Shown here piece after piece: positions 60,645 to 64,000 of a stretch of 64,000 bases of DNA. Position 1 is the first letter of the stretch, and every line of letters starts with the position of its first letter. The translations under genes were made by a program, and so were the position numbers. The notes under the pieces were generated by a model. The model ran no database searches. It saw only the letters and a list, made by a program, of their open reading frames with translations, and was not told the DNA's origin. Source of the stretch: an uncultured Spirochaetota bacterium (GTDB lineage Bacteria > Spirochaetota > Brevinematia > Brevinematales > JAOACQ01); the NCBI GenBank assembly GCA_963835575.1, contig CAWIGG010000002.1:960001-1024000 (forward strand). Reading direction: 5' to 3'.

Positions 60645-60836
60645 TTATTTCTCTTTCAGCGCCATCCGCGTCAATACTGTCCCGACAAAAACACCTTTGC
60701 CGATGCAGTACAATCCTATGCCGCTTGCCCAGGTGTCCGAGCCGGAGGCAAAACCGCATTTGACTATGATCCAGACGCCGCCTGTAACGCAGAAAAGAAA
60801 AGCCAGGATTGCCGCTATTATGGTGAAAATCTTCAT
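60645..60836 (-). CDS. 63-aa two-helix membrane protein
   Basis: GGAGG SD before ATG 60836; two hydrophobic segments. Confidence 0.6.
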   Translation of the reverse strand: MKIFTIIAAILAFLFCVTGGVWIIVKCGFASGSDTWASGIGLYCIGKGVFVGTVLTRMALKEK

Positions 60837-60909
60837 AATTTTCCTCCGCAACTTTTTCCTAAAACTCCCTTGTAATTTTACCGCACAAAGAACACCAAGA
60901 ACCACCAAA

Positions 60910-61051
60910 CGTCATTGCGAGTCATAGACCTGAACTTTGCCGCTATTCACAGTACGAAGCAATCTGTCTGCGCATAATGGTTCCTTGTTTATTAAACAGA
61001 TTGCTTCGTACGAATTATCGGCATTGTATATATAGATGTTCTCGCAATGAC
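60910..61051. repeat. GTCATTGCGA / GAAGCAATCT double-stem palindromic element, copy 2
   Basis: CGTCATTGCGAG...GTACGAAGCAATCTGT...ACAGATTGCTTCGTAC...CTCGCAATGAC. Confidence 0.85.
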
Positions 61052-61144
61052 ATTTTTAACTTAAAAAAAGAGCACTAAGAATGCAGCTTGGTGAATCTTA
61101 GTGCCCTTGTGTGTTCTTTGTGGTTAGAAATATGTTTATTCTAA

Positions 61145-62907
61145 TTAATCAATTTTCGTTTCTTTACCCAGATCGAAATTGATGGATTTGTATCCCCTGT
61201 TCAGGGCGACAGTAATGGGCATCTGCTTTGCAACCGGCCCCCAGAGCTGTCTCGGGCCGGGGCTTGTGAAATGGTCTTTTTCGGCCCATGTGGCCCTTCT
61301 TCCGGCAAAATAATGGAACGCCGGGGAATCCATCTCGACAAGGCCTTTCTTGATCACCATCTCATTCTTGCCGTGCCTTTTTTCTATCGTCAGGAGCCCT
61401 GTCAGCGGAAGTGCGATGACCTTCCCGCCTTTGTCCAGATCGGTAATGGAGGCGATATAGCCCGTCATACCGTCCAGGACCAGCGAACCGGCCGCGAGGC
61501 CCAGGTTGAACGTATACGCCGCGTCAAAGAGCGTCGGCGCGCCGCAGCGGCCTTCGTAACCGAAGAAATGGCTGTTTGTCGCGAATTTTGAATCCGCGAA
61601 CTTTTTATACTCGGTTTCAGTCATGGCGAGGTGCCTGACCTCGTCCTGATGCCGCTTCATTTCCTTCAGCTTTTCCTCCGCCATCTGGATCAGGAGCCTT
61701 TCAGTCGGGATCTGGGAAACCTGAAGGTTGCCGTGCGAATCCCTTTCGAGCAGAAGCATCTTCTCGATTTCTTCGGGCAGGGAGGCCATCAGCTTGGTCG
61801 ACTCCGCCGTAAGCTTTTTGTAGAGAAATTCCTTTTTATCATGAAAATCGGTGATCTTATCCATATCCTCGCTGAATTTTCCCATCAGCTCGTTCAATTC
61901 GGCGATCAGCGCTTTTATTTCCGGAATGAACTCGATCAATCCTTCCGGGACGATGACGACTCCATGATTGATCCCTTTCGACGCCCTTTTCGCGATCACT
62001 TCGCAGATCTGATTGACGATCCCCAGAGAGACATATTCTTTGCCTCGACTTCCTCGGATATAAGCGTGACGGCCGGTTTTGTCTGAAGTGCGACTTCAAG
62101 CGCCACATGGCTTGCCGAGCGTCCCATCAGCTTGATAAAGTGCCAGTATTTATGGGACGAAGGAGTGTCCTGAAGAATATTGCCGACCATTTCGGCGTAG
62201 ATCTTTGTCGCCGTGTCGAACCCGAAGGAGATCGGCAGTATTTCACCGATCTGAAGGTCGCCGTCGATTGTCTTCGGAACGCCGATCACCTGCACATCGT
62301 CATCGTAAAGAAGTTCTGCCAGTATGGCCGCGTTGGTGTTGGAATCGTCGCCGCCGACCACCACAATGCCGTTTATTTTGTTGTCCCTGGCCGTCTTTTT
62401 GACGCCGGCGAACTGTTCGTCTGTTTTAATCTTGGTCCTGTCGGAGCCGAGGAAATCAAAACCGCCTGTATTGATGATATCCGGAATATCCTCATCCTTG
62501 ATCTCGAAAACAGTCCCTTCGATCAATCCTTTCGGCCCGTTCCTGACGCCGAGGAGGGTGTTATTTTTGCCGAGGACTTTTTTCAGTCCGGCTATGACAT
62601 TATGACCGCCGGCCGCCGGCCCGCCCGAAAAGAGGACGGCGACGCGCATGCCTTTAATATTGGAAGTACTGTTGAACCCTTCCAGGACTTTATTTTCCGT
62701 CTGGGTGACGGTTTTGGGGAACTCTTTATTGACATTTTCCACATCCGCTGTGCCGAGGACCCGGGATGTCTTTTTAAAAAAGGCCGGTGTGATCTGGCCG
62801 TTTTTTAAAAATATAGGGGAGACCATCGCCGGTATTTTCCGGATTTCCTGTTCGAACATGGAACGGTGGTCTTCCATATCTTTTAATTGCTGAATCAGTT
62901 CTGACAT
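61145..62907 (-). pseudogene. pfp: PPi-dependent phosphofructokinase (long type), frameshifted near 62022
   Basis: GGDDSNT, PKTIDGD, MGRSASH in the 5' ORF; PEGLIEF, DSHGN, GYEGR in the 3' ORF; the frames join at KNMSL / IVNQICEVIAKR. Confidence 0.9.
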
Positions 62908-63133
62908 AACTTTTCCTCCCGAAATGACTGTTGTATTTTGAAGCGATATATTTTAAAAGCGGCAGGCAAAATTATCAAATAAAATCCTGGCTTTAATAAA
63001 TATTTATATCATTATTTTATAATTTGTCTAAATTAAAAGATTTGATTTATAATCTCTTGAATAAAAAGGAAGGGATTATGCCGCTTATAAGAGAATACCC
63101 GAAGGTGAAATTCCGGGGCCGGAAAAAGCCGTT

Positions 63134-63189
63134 AGCTGTCAGCTATTAGCAGCTAACAGCCAGAAGCTAAAAGCTAAAAGCTAAAAGCT
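63134..63189. repeat. 7-bp-period AGCT repeats
   Basis: AGCTGTCAGCTATTAGC ... AGCTAAAAGCTAAAAGCTAAAAGCT. Confidence 0.7.
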
Positions 63190-63237
63190 GCCCTTGCCCT
63201 TGTGATAGTTCCAAAAATGATATAATATGGTAAGGCT

Positions 63238-64000
63238 ATGGAATTAAAATATTTAATTTTTGTAATAATCATTTCGCTTTTACTCTTGAGCGCCTGCAGG
63301 GAATCTATGACCGACAGATTGATTTTTTCTCCGGCATATGCTGATAAATATAACTTTTCAAATATAAAAGCTCCGGAAAGCGAATGGGGCTTTTTCAGCA
63401 TCACGAACATTCCCGCGCAAAGTCCAATATATGCCCTCTGGATCAACGGGAAAAAAGACGGACCGGCAGTTCAAAGCGGAAAAACGGTCTTTTATCTGCA
63501 TGGCAATAATACCTGCATGGATAAAAGCGGCGTCAACGCGGGCAATCTGTTTTATGATGCCGGCATTGATTTTTTTACGATTGAATACAGGGGTTATGGT
63601 CAATCCGGGGATTTTTTCCCTACGGAAGAAAGCATCTATTCCGACGCGGAGGCCGGCCTGCGGTATTTAAAGACGGAAAAAGGCATTGATACAACCGATA
63701 TTATCATGACCGGTCATTCCCTCGGCTGCGCTCCGTCCGTTGAAATGGCCGTCAGGCACCGTTTTTATAAAGTGATGTTAATCTCCCCTTTTACCAGCGT
63801 CAACGACGCCGTTCAAGACCTGACCCATTCCCTGGCTCAAAAAAACTGGTATACCGATGTCATTTTTGATAATTTTTCCAAAATTAAACAGATAAAAAGC
63901 CCATTGATCTTTATTCATGGATTGAATGACGATCTCCTACCCTGTGTCTTTTCTAAAGTCATGTACGCTTTCGCCAATGAACCGAAAGAGATACTGATAA
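63238..64000 (+). CDS. alpha/beta hydrolase lipoprotein, runs off the window end
   Basis: Lipobox LSAC, YLHGN, EYRGYG.S, GHSLG nucleophile elbow, SPFTS, IHGLND; absent from the ORF track because no stop falls in the window. Confidence 0.9.
   Translation, partial: MELKYLIFVIIISLLLLSACRESMTDRLIFSPAYADKYNFSNIKAPESEWGFFSITNIPAQSPIYALWINGKKDGPAVQSGKTVFYLHGNNTCMDKSGVNAGNLFYDAGIDFFTIEYRGYGQSGDFFPTEESIYSDAEAGLRYLKTEKGIDTTDIIMTGHSLGCAPSVEMAVRHRFYKVMLISPFTSVNDAVQDLTHSLAQKNWYTDVIFDNFSKIKQIKSPLIFIHGLNDDLLPCVFSKVMYAFANEPKEILI

Overview
Low-GC chromosomal window from a diderm bacterium, probably a spirochaete. This is inferred from the TonB receptor, the two-cNMP Crp protein, mcsA-mcsB-clpC without ctsR and the long-type PPi-PFK. 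Core genes are murG, clpC, glyA, panB, purH, an AddA-like helicase-nuclease, a P-type ATPase, pfp, tRNA-Leu(GAG) and tRNA-Ser(GCT). Accessory content: (i) a BlaI/M56 module with two operator palindromes, the second preceding a candidate ~65-nt sRNA whose terminator loop is an anti-Shine-Dalgarno sequence; (ii) a 10-kb cobamide uptake and remodelling operon (btuFCD-btuB-cobQ-cobU-cobS-cbiR-cobT) with two cobalamin riboswitches, one overlapping the 3' end of btuD; (iii) an IS-rich island with a MalT-like LuxR regulator, two DUF4386 genes and a START-like gene cleanly split by IS1380; (iv) an intact IS5 plus IS5-like MITEs with 4-bp target duplications; (v) a GalT-GalK fusion, a 49-aa histone H1-like gene missed by the ORF track, and an amber-interrupted PIN module; (vi) an unexplained ~370-nt rod-like fold-back of nested helices between purH and the histone-like gene, plus several families of intergenic palindromes. 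No CRISPR array or rRNA was seen. All calls come from motif recognition by eye; no searches were run.
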